Of a stretch of DNA of 11,904 nt, positions 1-8,067 are shown in pieces. This DNA is from Amoeboradix gromovi X-113 (lineage: Eukaryota; Fungi; Sanchytriomycota), in the NCBI GenBank assembly GCA_018985225.1, contig JADGIF010000279.1:1-11904 (forward strand), given 5' to 3'. A program made the position numbers and the translations under genes. How positions within the stretch are numbered: position 1 is the stretch's first letter; every line of letters starts with the position of its first letter. The notes beneath the pieces were generated by a model, which made no database searches, was not told where the DNA came from, and worked only from the letters and a program-made list of their open reading frames with translations.

Positions 1-139
1 TCATTTCCCATATTCTGATGCGAAAAATTGCTCCAAGTCGTAGATCTGCAACGTGTTGAATGGTGACAGAATACCAGTACCAATAAAAAGAAGTCCTATG
101 ATATTGAGAGTTGTTTATTTTTTGTCTTTCTCACTTTCA

Positions 140-286
140 CGCCAGCGGTAGTACGATTGAGCATGATACTCTTTGGTATAATCGAATTATTGCAGGAACC
201 AGAGACCTCGTCAAACAGCTTTCAAATATTGAGCAAGGCAAAAAGTCTGTTACAGTGATTGCTCACGCTTTCACTACCCTGAGGCG
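140..286 (-). ncRNA. Candidate structured RNA (putative Fanzor/TnpB omegaRNA scaffold)
   Basis: Nested minus-strand pairings: 286-272 CGCCTCAGGGTAGTG with 153-140 TACTACCGCTGGCG; 265-260 TGAGCA with 163-158 TGCTCA; hairpin 251-242 AACAGACTTT with 222-214 AAAGCTGTT; arm 204-198 CTCTGGT with 177-169 ACCAAAGAG enclosing ATAAT-TCG-ATTAT (190-178). It lies directly 3' of the RuvC-III motif. Confidence 0.5.
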
Positions 287-655
287 GGATTGAATAGGAA
301 TGCAGATACTTGATGTATATGTTCCTTTCTGCCATACGGTCTCTATCTATCTTCAAATGACACTTTGTACAGGTTCAGGTTTCTAAATTGGTTTCTTTAA
401 AGTACCATACCTCGTACATGGCATCGAATTTGTTCCTTGGTGCCATGTGGTCCATGTCCACTTCCAAACGACACCATGTACATGAATAGCTCTCCAAATT
501 GGTTTTCTTTAGAGTACCACATATTGTACATGGCATCGAATTTTCGTGTTTGGACCAGCTTATCAGTATTGATGAATGTATGCTGTACTTGCTAGTTATT
601 TCTTTAGAATTGATTTACCATTTGCGAAAAGGAAGAATATCGAGTATTTGAGCTA
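222..655 (-). mobile_element. Degenerate Fanzor/TnpB-like nuclease C-terminal remnant (pseudogene; most like IS607-type TnpB/Fanzor2)
   Basis: Manual minus-strand translation. 542-432 reads NSMP-CTIC-GTLKKTNLESYS-CTWC-RLEVDMDHMAPRN. 430-303 reads NSMP-CTRY-GTLKK(1-nt frameshift)TNLET*T-CTKC-HLKIDRDRMAERNIYIKYL, with that frame open to a TGA at 224-222. This matches the TnpB/Fanzor pattern CxxCG...CxxC...DRDxxAxxNI. Upstream sequence to ~655 (AQILDILPFRKW*...SKY) is weakly compatible with the preceding helix. It is disrupted by stops and frameshifts, and the upstream boundary is approximate. Confidence 0.8.
321..543. repeat. Imperfect tandem duplication, 2 x ~111 bp, covering the Zn-finger/RuvC-III coding module
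   Basis: GTACATGGCATCGAATTT is identical at 414-431 and 526-543. GTTCCTTnnTGCCAT occurs at 321-335 and 432-446. Hand alignment gives ~27 differences in 111 nt (~76% identity), including a 1-nt indel. Confidence 0.9.
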
Positions 656-932
656 TTAGAAAAATCTTGAAAAGTCATAAAATCATATAAAAATGCATAA
701 AAATTCGCAATAAATGATTTATTCAAGAAAACAATCGAGCTGAGCACTAAATTAAACTATTTTTTGAGTATTCTAGGTTATTTTAATTTGCGAGGATATG
801 AAAAGTCATTAGTCACTAAGTAGCGGTTGTTTTCGAAGCCTGTGGTTCTTAAGGAATATAGGCTATCCGTCTGTTTCCTGATTTCTGAACGTCGTATGTG
901 AGTCCTGAATTGGCTTACCGCGAATGTAAAAC

Positions 933-2333
933 ATGGAAAACCAAGCTCTTAGCATCATAAGTCTATCCAAGCTCTTAATACGCCTCTTGGATTCAAGAAA
1001 TAGCATAGATGCCTTCCAAAACGATACAAAAAATATACTAAGCCGGCTAACTTTACTACTGGAACCAATTTATAAGCACGGATATTATCTGGAAAAACTT
1101 GATTCGAGTTTAAAGTTTGTACTTAATGATATTAAAGAACTAGAAAGTGTCATATCTGGCACAACTAGTAACAATTCCAGGAGCTGGCTGAGATTAAATA
1201 AAACTTGCAATAGTGCTACTTTTGAAAAGACTGCACAACACTATAAAATAATAAAACGACTAAATTCAAGAATCATCCATCTAACATTTGGTATATCAAG
1301 CAATATTCGTAACAAATTGACGGAGCAAGAATGCTTTGTTCAAATTATAAAAATTCCAACTTCAAATATTAAACTAAATGAGCACGTAGCGGGAAGTCCA
1401 GTAGATTGCTATAAAATTTTAAGTGGAACGTACAATGGTCAATTAGTGGCAATAAAGCAATTTCGGTCTACATCTTTTGAGCTCCCTACTTCTCCAATTG
1501 AAGAAGACTCATTAGAAGTCAGTGTAAACATGTTCAATACCCTCAAGTCTTTTTCCAACTTGAATAAATTTATTTATTTTACTCGCTTTATCGGCTGCAT
1601 GAGCATCAAAAACAATTTTGGGATTGTTACTGAGTGGGTAGATGGGAAAACACTATTTGAAAATAAAGATGACCTGCCTCCAGATCAATTAATGTCCATT
1701 GCAATCGGAATAACTACTGGACTAAATCATTTGCACTCTAACTGCTACTTTGTACATAATAGTTTGACTTCTAAAAACATATATTTAGTGAAATACAAGA
1801 ACGTCTTAATTCCTAAAATTCATAACTTCGGAACAGCTAAGTTAAACACAATTTCTGGAAAACCGATTTCTCCAAATGTATTGTTAAAACATGAAGAGGA
1901 CTTGTTACCGTGGTCGCCACCCGAATTTTGGACAGAAACGTTTGACAATGCTTTAAAACATAAAAGTTATCCTTTCAAGAAAGATATTTACGGACTTGGT
2001 GTAATTTTTTGTGAGTTATTCTTATGCTACACCCCTAAGGCCAGGTCATGTCCCAAGTGGAGTACAAGTGCTCTACCAGAGGAGCTGAAACAATACACTA
2101 CGGAATTAGAGCTAGCTGTAGTTTCACCTTGTTTGATCAAAGATCCTAAACTTAGATGTGACAGTGTGCAATTGATGAACTCATTAAATAGTCTGAATGA
2201 AATAATTTACTTACAGAGTTCTCAGCAATTTGAAGTACAAAAGAAAGAAAGCATTAGCTCACTTCTCTGGATTTTATTTTATGGAGTTTTATTCGCGGTA
2301 CTAGGAGTAGTACTGCAGTCTAAAATAAATTGA
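933..2333 (+). CDS. MLKL-like pseudokinase: N-terminal helical (4HB/HeLo-like) domain + TKL-type pseudokinase + C-terminal TM helix, 466 aa
   Basis: Kinase fold motifs: GTYNGQLVAIK (beta3 Lys kept), IVTEWVDG, VHNSLTSKNIYL (HRD replaced by HNS), KIHNFG (DFG replaced by NFG), WSPPE, DIYGLGVIFCEL, DPKLR. No GxGxxG loop. The first ~125 aa are amphipathic helices (NILSRLTLLLEPI...LKFVLNDIKEL...IKRLNSRI). C-terminus is LLWILFYGVLFAVLGVVL. Kinase fold is high confidence; MLKL-type N-terminal domain is moderate. Confidence 0.75.
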   Translation: MENQALSIISLSKLLIRLLDSRNSIDAFQNDTKNILSRLTLLLEPIYKHGYYLEKLDSSLKFVLNDIKELESVISGTTSNNSRSWLRLNKTCNSATFEKTAQHYKIIKRLNSRIIHLTFGISSNIRNKLTEQECFVQIIKIPTSNIKLNEHVAGSPVDCYKILSGTYNGQLVAIKQFRSTSFELPTSPIEEDSLEVSVNMFNTLKSFSNLNKFIYFTRFIGCMSIKNNFGIVTEWVDGKTLFENKDDLPPDQLMSIAIGITTGLNHLHSNCYFVHNSLTSKNIYLVKYKNVLIPKIHNFGTAKLNTISGKPISPNVLLKHEEDLLPWSPPEFWTETFDNALKHKSYPFKKDIYGLGVIFCELFLCYTPKARSCPKWSTSALPEELKQYTTELELAVVSPCLIKDPKLRCDSVQLMNSLNSLNEIIYLQSSQQFEVQKKESISSLLWILFYGVLFAVLGVVLQSKIN

Positions 2334-2664
2334 TGATTACTTCAATAATATTGTCATCCTTACTTAAATAAAACCTCGTTAAGTTACGAAGACTGCATTT
2401 GACTTCAACTAGTTAGCTCAAAATTTAATTTGAAGAATAGTACATATAAATTTTTATTACATCACTAATTTTCCAAGTTAGACCTTGTTTAGTTAGATTT
2501 ACATTTGGTGACAACATAGGTGCCATTACTGCAGCTCTAAGATTAACTAATGCTTCAAACTCAAATCTCCTAGATGCATTGGCTTCTGATTTATCGCTAA
2601 TCGTGTAAAGATCGATAAGCTCGTCAAGATATCACTAAAACATCAATTTGATTTATTTGCTGAC

Positions 2665-4422
2665 CTACTCATCTGTAACGCATCCTGTACTGGCACTCGA
2701 TACTGTTTTTATAAACTTATGCAAGACTCCTCTTTTCACCTTCAGAGGTGGTGCCTTAAACAGCGCCTTTCTTCTTATCATTTCTTCATCGCTTATGTCC
2801 ACATTCATATATCTCTGCACTGCATCTATCTCTATCATATCGCCGTTCCTTATAAGTGCAATCGGCCCACCTACTTGTGCTTCAGGACTCACATGGCCAA
2901 TTATGAATCCATGTGATCCACCACTAAACCTTCCATCAGTTACCAGTGCAACATCTTTGCCTAGTCCCGCGCCCATTATAGCAGACGTTGGGTTCAGCAT
3001 CTCTTTCATCCCTGGCCCTCCTTTTGGTCCCTCATACCTAATAAAAATTACACTTTGCTTCTGAATTTCTTTGTTTTCAATCGCTTCTAACAACGCCTCT
3101 TCACTATCAAAACAATGAGCGAGTCCTTTAAATTTCAATCCTTCTTTACCTGTGATTTTGGCAACCGAACCCTCTGGAGCAATATTCCCGTAAATTATCT
3201 GTATATGACCTGTACTTTTTATAGGATTACTTACCGACCTGATAACTTGCTGGTTTTCGTCCAAATCAGGCACTTTGGATAAATTATCAGCCATTGTTAG
3301 ACCAGTGACTGTCAAGCATTCTCCATGGAGCCAACCCTGTTTATGCAGATACTTCAGTACTGCAGGCACACCTCCTACGTTATGCAGATCTTCCATAACG
3401 TATTTCCCACTTGGCTTCATGTCTGCAAGCATTGGGATTCTATCGCTAACTGCTTGTACATCGTCGAGTGTTAAATCTATATTGGCAGATCTTGCCATGG
3501 CTATAAGATGTAACACAGCATTAGTAGATCCACCAAGCACCATAACCAACACCAAGGCATTCTCAAAGCTGTGTTTCGTCAGAATGTCGGATGGTTTTAT
3601 GTTCTTTTCCATAAGCATACGGAGATAGATACCCGCCTGTTTACACTCTTCTATCTTGTTAACATCTGTGGCAGGAGTGCTTGAGCTATACGGCAATGAA
3701 AGGCCAAGAGCTTCAATGGCGGATGACATCGTATTGGCAGTATATAGACCACCGCATGCGCCGGCTCCAGGGCACGCATGTCTAATAATATCTAGCCTCT
3801 CTGTGTCCGATATTTTACCACTCAAAAACTCACCGTAGCTCTGAAATGCACTTATGATATCTAATTTTTCATTTGGACGACAAGCAGCCTTTCCAGCTCG
3901 AATTGTTCCCCCGTACACAATCAAGCAAGGCCTGTTTAATCTTGTTAAACCAATAAAGCATCCAGGCATATTTTTATCACACCCAGGAAGTGCAACAAAG
4001 CCATCGTAATACTGCGCACCCCCAACCGTTTCCAGAGAGTCTGCTATAATCTCGCGACTAGGAAGAGAGTAAGCCATCCCTGGAGTACCATTGCTAATCC
4101 CATCGCTAACCCCAATGGTATTAAACCGATATCCAATTAAGTTCTGCTCTTCTACACCCTGTTTGACAACTGCGCTAAGATCGTTCAAATGCATATTACA
4201 GGGATTTCCCTCTAACCATACTGAGCAGATTCCTACTTGTGCCATATCCAATGATTGGTTGTCCTTGAATGTGGCATATAACTGAGCTTGACCTGCACCT
4301 TGAGATTTCACTTGTGTGATCCGCTTACTGGTATTATTTACTTCAAGATTTCTAACTTGAATATGCTTAGTAAAATATTTATACAACGGTGAACCATATT
4401 TGCCGTGAAGAACAAGGGTCAT
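2665..4422 (-). CDS. ILV3: Dihydroxy-acid dehydratase, probably mitochondrial, 585 aa from the ATG at 4422
   Basis: IlvD/Edd motifs [82 protein letters not shown]. The three [2Fe-2S] Cys are present. The ORF-track start at 4473 is TTG; the first in-frame ATG is at 4422. Confidence 0.97.
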   Translation of the reverse strand: MTLVLHGKYGSPLYKYFTKHIQVRNLEVNNTSKRITQVKSQGAGQAQLYATFKDNQSLDMAQVGICSVWLEGNPCNMHLNDLSAVVKQGVEEQNLIGYRFNTIGVSDGISNGTPGMAYSLPSREIIADSLETVGGAQYYDGFVALPGCDKNMPGCFIGLTRLNRPCLIVYGGTIRAGKAACRPNEKLDIISAFQSYGEFLSGKISDTERLDIIRHACPGAGACGGLYTANTMSSAIEALGLSLPYSSSTPATDVNKIEECKQAGIYLRMLMEKNIKPSDILTKHSFENALVLVMVLGGSTNAVLHLIAMARSANIDLTLDDVQAVSDRIPMLADMKPSGKYVMEDLHNVGGVPAVLKYLHKQGWLHGECLTVTGLTMADNLSKVPDLDENQQVIRSVSNPIKSTGHIQIIYGNIAPEGSVAKITGKEGLKFKGLAHCFDSEEALLEAIENKEIQKQSVIFIRYEGPKGGPGMKEMLNPTSAIMGAGLGKDVALVTDGRFSGGSHGFIIGHVSPEAQVGGPIALIRNGDMIEIDAVQRYMNVDISDEEMIRRKALFKAPPLKVKRGVLHKFIKTVSSASTGCVTDE

Positions 4423-5114
4423 GTTGTTATGAAAATTAAAATTGCCAATTATATACAAGAATAAAGTGAGCAATCTGTTTCGATAATTAAGTTTTTCTGC
4501 ATATATTTTCTAACTTCTGCTATCGAACTGCAAATTATTTGGAGTAAAGAGGAAAGCAACGGGTTCAAGTACACAACTAAATAGAGTTGAGACATTGAAA
4601 GATTGTATATACCAGTATCATACTTGTTTATTAATATTTAAATGAGCAAAAAGGTCTGGTTTATTGCGTTGGTCTACTGGAGAAAAATTTAGGACATTAA
4701 AATATACTAAATCCTTTGTTGAGCCATTAGTGTAATGCACCGTAACCAAATTGCAAGATGAAGCCGATTTTACCAAAACCATTTGGGAGAATCAATTTGG
4801 CATTAAGGAGCCTAATTAAGCCATCATTTTGAGACAATCTTGATCGAGTCCTAGAATTGTGGTTTGGCTTAATTCGCAAAGCCCCACGAACGTTACTGAT
4901 TGTTTTTTTGACTGTAAGAATTAAAACAGTAGAATGAATTATCAGAGTGTTATTCAATTGAACCTTTCATGCAACTATGCTCAATGCACATCACTTTGCA
5001 ATTGCTAATTAGCATTAAAGCATTACTTAATACACCAGTCTGTCTTAATTAATCGCTAATCACTGTCAATCTTCTGCCAAGGCGGATACATCTCACGTAC
5101 GCCAAAGCCCTCGG

Positions 5115-5129
5115 AGAATTTTCTAGATT
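5115..5129. promoter_or_regulatory. Distal heat-shock element (aGAAt-tTTCt-aGAtt)
   Basis: Two perfect and one imperfect alternating nGAAn units ~250 bp upstream of HSP90. Confidence 0.5.
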
Positions 5130-5239
5130 ATGATGCGACTTTCAATCAGTCTCAAAATTATGCAAATTGGGGAACACTACTGAGTAAAATTCCAGATTAG
5201 ACTCGTAACCTGCGTCACAGTCGTTCATAGACCTACAAT

Positions 5240-5304
5240 CCAATCAGTAAAATCGACGTTGACGTTTGTACATATTGTGCAACTCTCCTTATTCATCTGA
5301 TTGG
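5240..5304. promoter_or_regulatory. Inverted pair of CCAAT (NF-Y/HAP) boxes
   Basis: CCAATCAG at 5240-5247 and its exact reverse complement CTGATTGG at 5297-5304, just upstream of the proximal HSE. Confidence 0.45.
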
Positions 5305-5313
5305 TACGTGAGT

Positions 5314-5333
5314 CTTCGAGAAGATTGCGGAAA
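5314..5333. promoter_or_regulatory. Proximal heat-shock element (cTTCg-aGAAg-aTTGc-gGAAa)
   Basis: Four correctly phased alternating nGAAn units with one mismatch, ending 36 bp before the HSP90 ATG. Confidence 0.7.
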
Positions 5334-5369
5334 CAAATAAATAGAAGACTCAACCCATGTCACTGTGAA

Positions 5370-7490
5370 ATGACAATTGGCGAAACTTTTACATTTCAAG
5401 CTGAAATCTCTCAACTGATGAGTTTGATCATCAACACCTTCTACTCCAATAAAGAAATCTTTTTAAGAGAATTAATCTCGAATGCTAGTGATGCATTGGA
5501 TAAGGTGCGTTATCAATCTTTGACTGATCCATCTGTCTTGGATTCTGAGAAGGATTTGAAGATCGAAGTCATCGCTCTCAAGGATGAAAAGGTTCTGACT
5601 ATCAGAGATACAGGTGTTGGTATGACCAAAGCTGATTTGATCAACAACTTGGGTACCATTGCCAGATCTGGTACTCGTGCGTTCATGGAGGCTGTTAGCT
5701 CTGGTGCTGATATGTCTATGATTGGTCAATTTGGTGTGGGTTTCTACTCTTCATTTTTAGTTGCTGATCGTGTCGATGTCATCTCAAAACATAATGATGA
5801 TGAGCAGCACATTTGGTCTTCAGCTGCAGACGGTTCTTTTACTGTTGTTCGCGATGAAAGTGGTTTGGACTTAAAGCGCGGTACTATGATCAGATTACAC
5901 CTTAAAGAAGATCAACAAGAGTTCTTGGAGGAGAAGAAAATCAAGGAGATCGTTAAGAAGCACTCTGAATTTATCGGATATCCAATCCATTTACAGGTAG
6001 AAAAAGAAGAGGAAAAAGAAGTTACTGACGATGAAGCTGAGATGGAAGATGTTGCTGAAAAAGAAGACAAGATCGAGGAAATTAACGAAGATGAGCCAAA
6101 AGTGGAAGAAATTGACGAGGATAAGGAACCTACAAAGAAGACCAAGAAGATTAAAGAAACCAAGATTGAGATGGAGGAACTTAATAAGACAAAGCCTTTA
6201 TGGACAAGAAACCCTGAAGAAATCACAAATGAGGAATACGGTGCATTCTATAAGGCCATCTCAAACGACTGGGAAGATCACTTGGCAGTTAAACACTTCA
6301 GTGTTGAGGGACAACTAGAATTCAAAGCATTGCTTTTCATCCCTCAACGTGCTCCATTTGACATGTTCGAGTCCAAGAAGAAGAGAAATAACATCAAATT
6401 ATACGTAAGACGTGTGTTCATCATGGATGACTGTGAGGAAATCATCCCAGAGTGGCTATCGTTTGTTAAAGGTGTAGTCGACTCTGAAGATTTGCCATTA
6501 AACATTTCTCGTGAAATGCTGCAACAAAATAAGATTCTGAAGGTTATCCGCAAAAATTTGGTCAAGAAGTGCCTGGAAATGTTTAGCGAGATTGCTGAAG
6601 ACAAGGACCAGTTTAAAAAGTTCTATGAAGCATTTAGCAAGAACTTGAAGTTGGGTATTCATGAGGATACTACAAACAGACCAAAACTAGCAGATCTGTT
6701 AAGATATAGCTCCAGCAAATCTGGAGAGGAGTGGACATCTCTAAAAGACTACGTCACTAGAATGCCAGAAAAGCAAAAGAACATCTACTACATTACCGGT
6801 GAATCGAAGAGCCAGGTGGAGAATTCACCGTTCTTGGAAGGATTAAAACAACGAGGATTTGAAGTCTTGTACATGGTTGACCCTATTGATGAGTATGCAG
6901 TACAGCAATTGAAGGAATATGACGGTAAGAAGCTGCAGTGCATCACCAAAGAAGGAATCGAATTTGAGGAAGACGAAGAAGTCAAGAAACAACAGGAAGA
7001 AGAGAAGAAGTCATATGAACCATTATGTAAAGAAATCAAGAACATTTTAGGCGATAAAATTGAAAAATGTGCCATCAGCCATCGCATCGTACAGTCTCCT
7101 TGCGTTCTAGTTACCGGTGAATTTGGATGGAGCGCTAATATGGAAAGAATCATGAAAGCACAAGCATTGAGAGATTCAAGCATGAGCACATACATGGCAA
7201 GTAAGAAGACCCTCGAGTTGAACCCAAATAACACTATCGTAAAAGCATTAAAATCTAAATTTGACGCTGATTCCGGTGATAAGACAGTCAAGGATTTGAC
7301 AGCCTTGTTATTTGACACTTCATTGCTATGCAGTGGATTCAACTTAGATGACCCATCAGTATTCGCAAGCAGAATTCACAGAATGATCAAATTAGGATTA
7401 AGCATCGATGATGACGAAGAAATGGTTGAACAAGTACCACAATTAGAGGAAGTAACTGTTGGTGATAGTAAAATGGAAGAAGTTGATTAA
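5370..7490 (+). CDS. HSP90: Cytosolic heat shock protein 90, 706 aa, intronless
   Basis: [54 protein letters not shown], charged linker, [25 protein letters not shown] and C-terminal MEEVD. The ORF-track start at 5301 is TTG; the ATG at 5370 fits homolog starts. Confidence 0.99.
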   Translation: MTIGETFTFQAEISQLMSLIINTFYSNKEIFLRELISNASDALDKVRYQSLTDPSVLDSEKDLKIEVIALKDEKVLTIRDTGVGMTKADLINNLGTIARSGTRAFMEAVSSGADMSMIGQFGVGFYSSFLVADRVDVISKHNDDEQHIWSSAADGSFTVVRDESGLDLKRGTMIRLHLKEDQQEFLEEKKIKEIVKKHSEFIGYPIHLQVEKEEEKEVTDDEAEMEDVAEKEDKIEEINEDEPKVEEIDEDKEPTKKTKKIKETKIEMEELNKTKPLWTRNPEEITNEEYGAFYKAISNDWEDHLAVKHFSVEGQLEFKALLFIPQRAPFDMFESKKKRNNIKLYVRRVFIMDDCEEIIPEWLSFVKGVVDSEDLPLNISREMLQQNKILKVIRKNLVKKCLEMFSEIAEDKDQFKKFYEAFSKNLKLGIHEDTTNRPKLADLLRYSSSKSGEEWTSLKDYVTRMPEKQKNIYYITGESKSQVENSPFLEGLKQRGFEVLYMVDPIDEYAVQQLKEYDGKKLQCITKEGIEFEEDEEVKKQQEEEKKSYEPLCKEIKNILGDKIEKCAISHRIVQSPCVLVTGEFGWSANMERIMKAQALRDSSMSTYMASKKTLELNPNNTIVKALKSKFDADSGDKTVKDLTALLFDTSLLCSGFNLDDPSVFASRIHRMIKLGLSIDDDEEMVEQVPQLEEVTVGDSKMEEVD

Positions 7491-7553
7491 GTAAAATGAA
7501 TAAACTTTTAACTTGATTAGTATTAAGCTTTTTTAATTTTTTGTGAAACTAAA

Positions 7554-8009
7554 ATGCCGGTTTTTAAAATTGATGTCGACAGAGACGCAGAATCAGTAGA
7601 AGTCTATGGTAGTTGGGATGATTGGAAGTCACCGCTGGTACTTAGAGAGTCTAACTATCCAACATGGGAAGCGAAGTACTCTTTGGATCCTGGTCATTAT
7701 GAATTTAAATTTAAAGTCGACCATGAATGGATGGCTAGTTCGTATTACCCGGTAAATGATTCACATTATGGAAATAATTATACCACGGTTAAAAGCAAAA
7801 GAACCGACTCTGTGTATTACACCACCGATGATAAATTCACTCACAAGATGGAAAAGTGTAATGATAAGAATAAACTCGTTGGAAACAGCCAAAATAGAAG
7901 CATGTCGCAATCAGGAAACTCCACAAAATCACAACCAGTCCACCCGTGGATTGCAGTTGGGGTGATAAGTAGTGTTGTAGTTGCTATAGCCTGGAATCAT
8001 TTAAGCTAA
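7554..8009 (+). CDS. CBM48 / AMPK-beta-like glycogen-binding domain protein with C-terminal membrane anchor, 151 aa
   Basis: VEVYGSWDDW...LDPGHYEFKFKVDHEW...GNN is the AMPK1_CBM/CBM48 signature. It is followed by a polar linker and the hydrophobic tail WIAVGVISSVVVAIAW. No AMPK-beta ASC domain. Confidence 0.85.
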   Translation: MPVFKIDVDRDAESVEVYGSWDDWKSPLVLRESNYPTWEAKYSLDPGHYEFKFKVDHEWMASSYYPVNDSHYGNNYTTVKSKRTDSVYYTTDDKFTHKMEKCNDKNKLVGNSQNRSMSQSGNSTKSQPVHPWIAVGVISSVVVAIAWNHLS

Positions 8010-8067
8010 TAAATATAATGAGTTCAAATTCGAGGATGGTTTTGAAAGTATTTGAAAATCATCCCCG

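Noticed and set aside
111-293. 60-aa plus-strand ORF
   Set aside because: TTG start, no recognisable motif, and antisense to the Fanzor-like remnant and structured segment.
321-543. Repeat pair as a CRISPR-like array
   Set aside because: Only two units, similar along their whole length with no unique spacers; explained by a duplicated coding module.
671-710. Imperfect 10-bp A-rich repeats (AAAGTCATAA/AATCATATAA/AAATGCATAA)
   Set aside because: Low-complexity AT-rich sequence with no supportable function.
2648-4285. Plus-strand ORFs overlapping ILV3 (2648..3064, 2719..2916, 3275..3628, 3656..3838, 4091..4285)
   Set aside because: Antisense shadows of a conserved gene.
4423-4473. ILV3 N-terminal extension from the TTG at 4473
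   Set aside because: Non-ATG start; the ATG at 4422 gives a typical Ilv3 length.
4670-4957. 76-aa minus ORF 4727..4957 and a plus-strand fragment ...WENQFGIKEP
   Set aside because: TTG start and no domain for the former; the latter is a short motif-like string bounded by stops, with no supporting context.
5003-5014. 12-bp palindrome TGCTAATTAGCA (also ATCAATTGAT at 9091-9100)
   Set aside because: Short AT-rich palindromes are expected by chance.
5301-7342. HSP90 extension from the TTG at 5301 and ORFs overlapping HSP90 (5472..5729, 5912..6226, 6031..6318, 6344..6604, 6788..7342)
   Set aside because: The extension overlaps the HSE/promoter and has no homology; the others are antisense or alternate-frame shadows.
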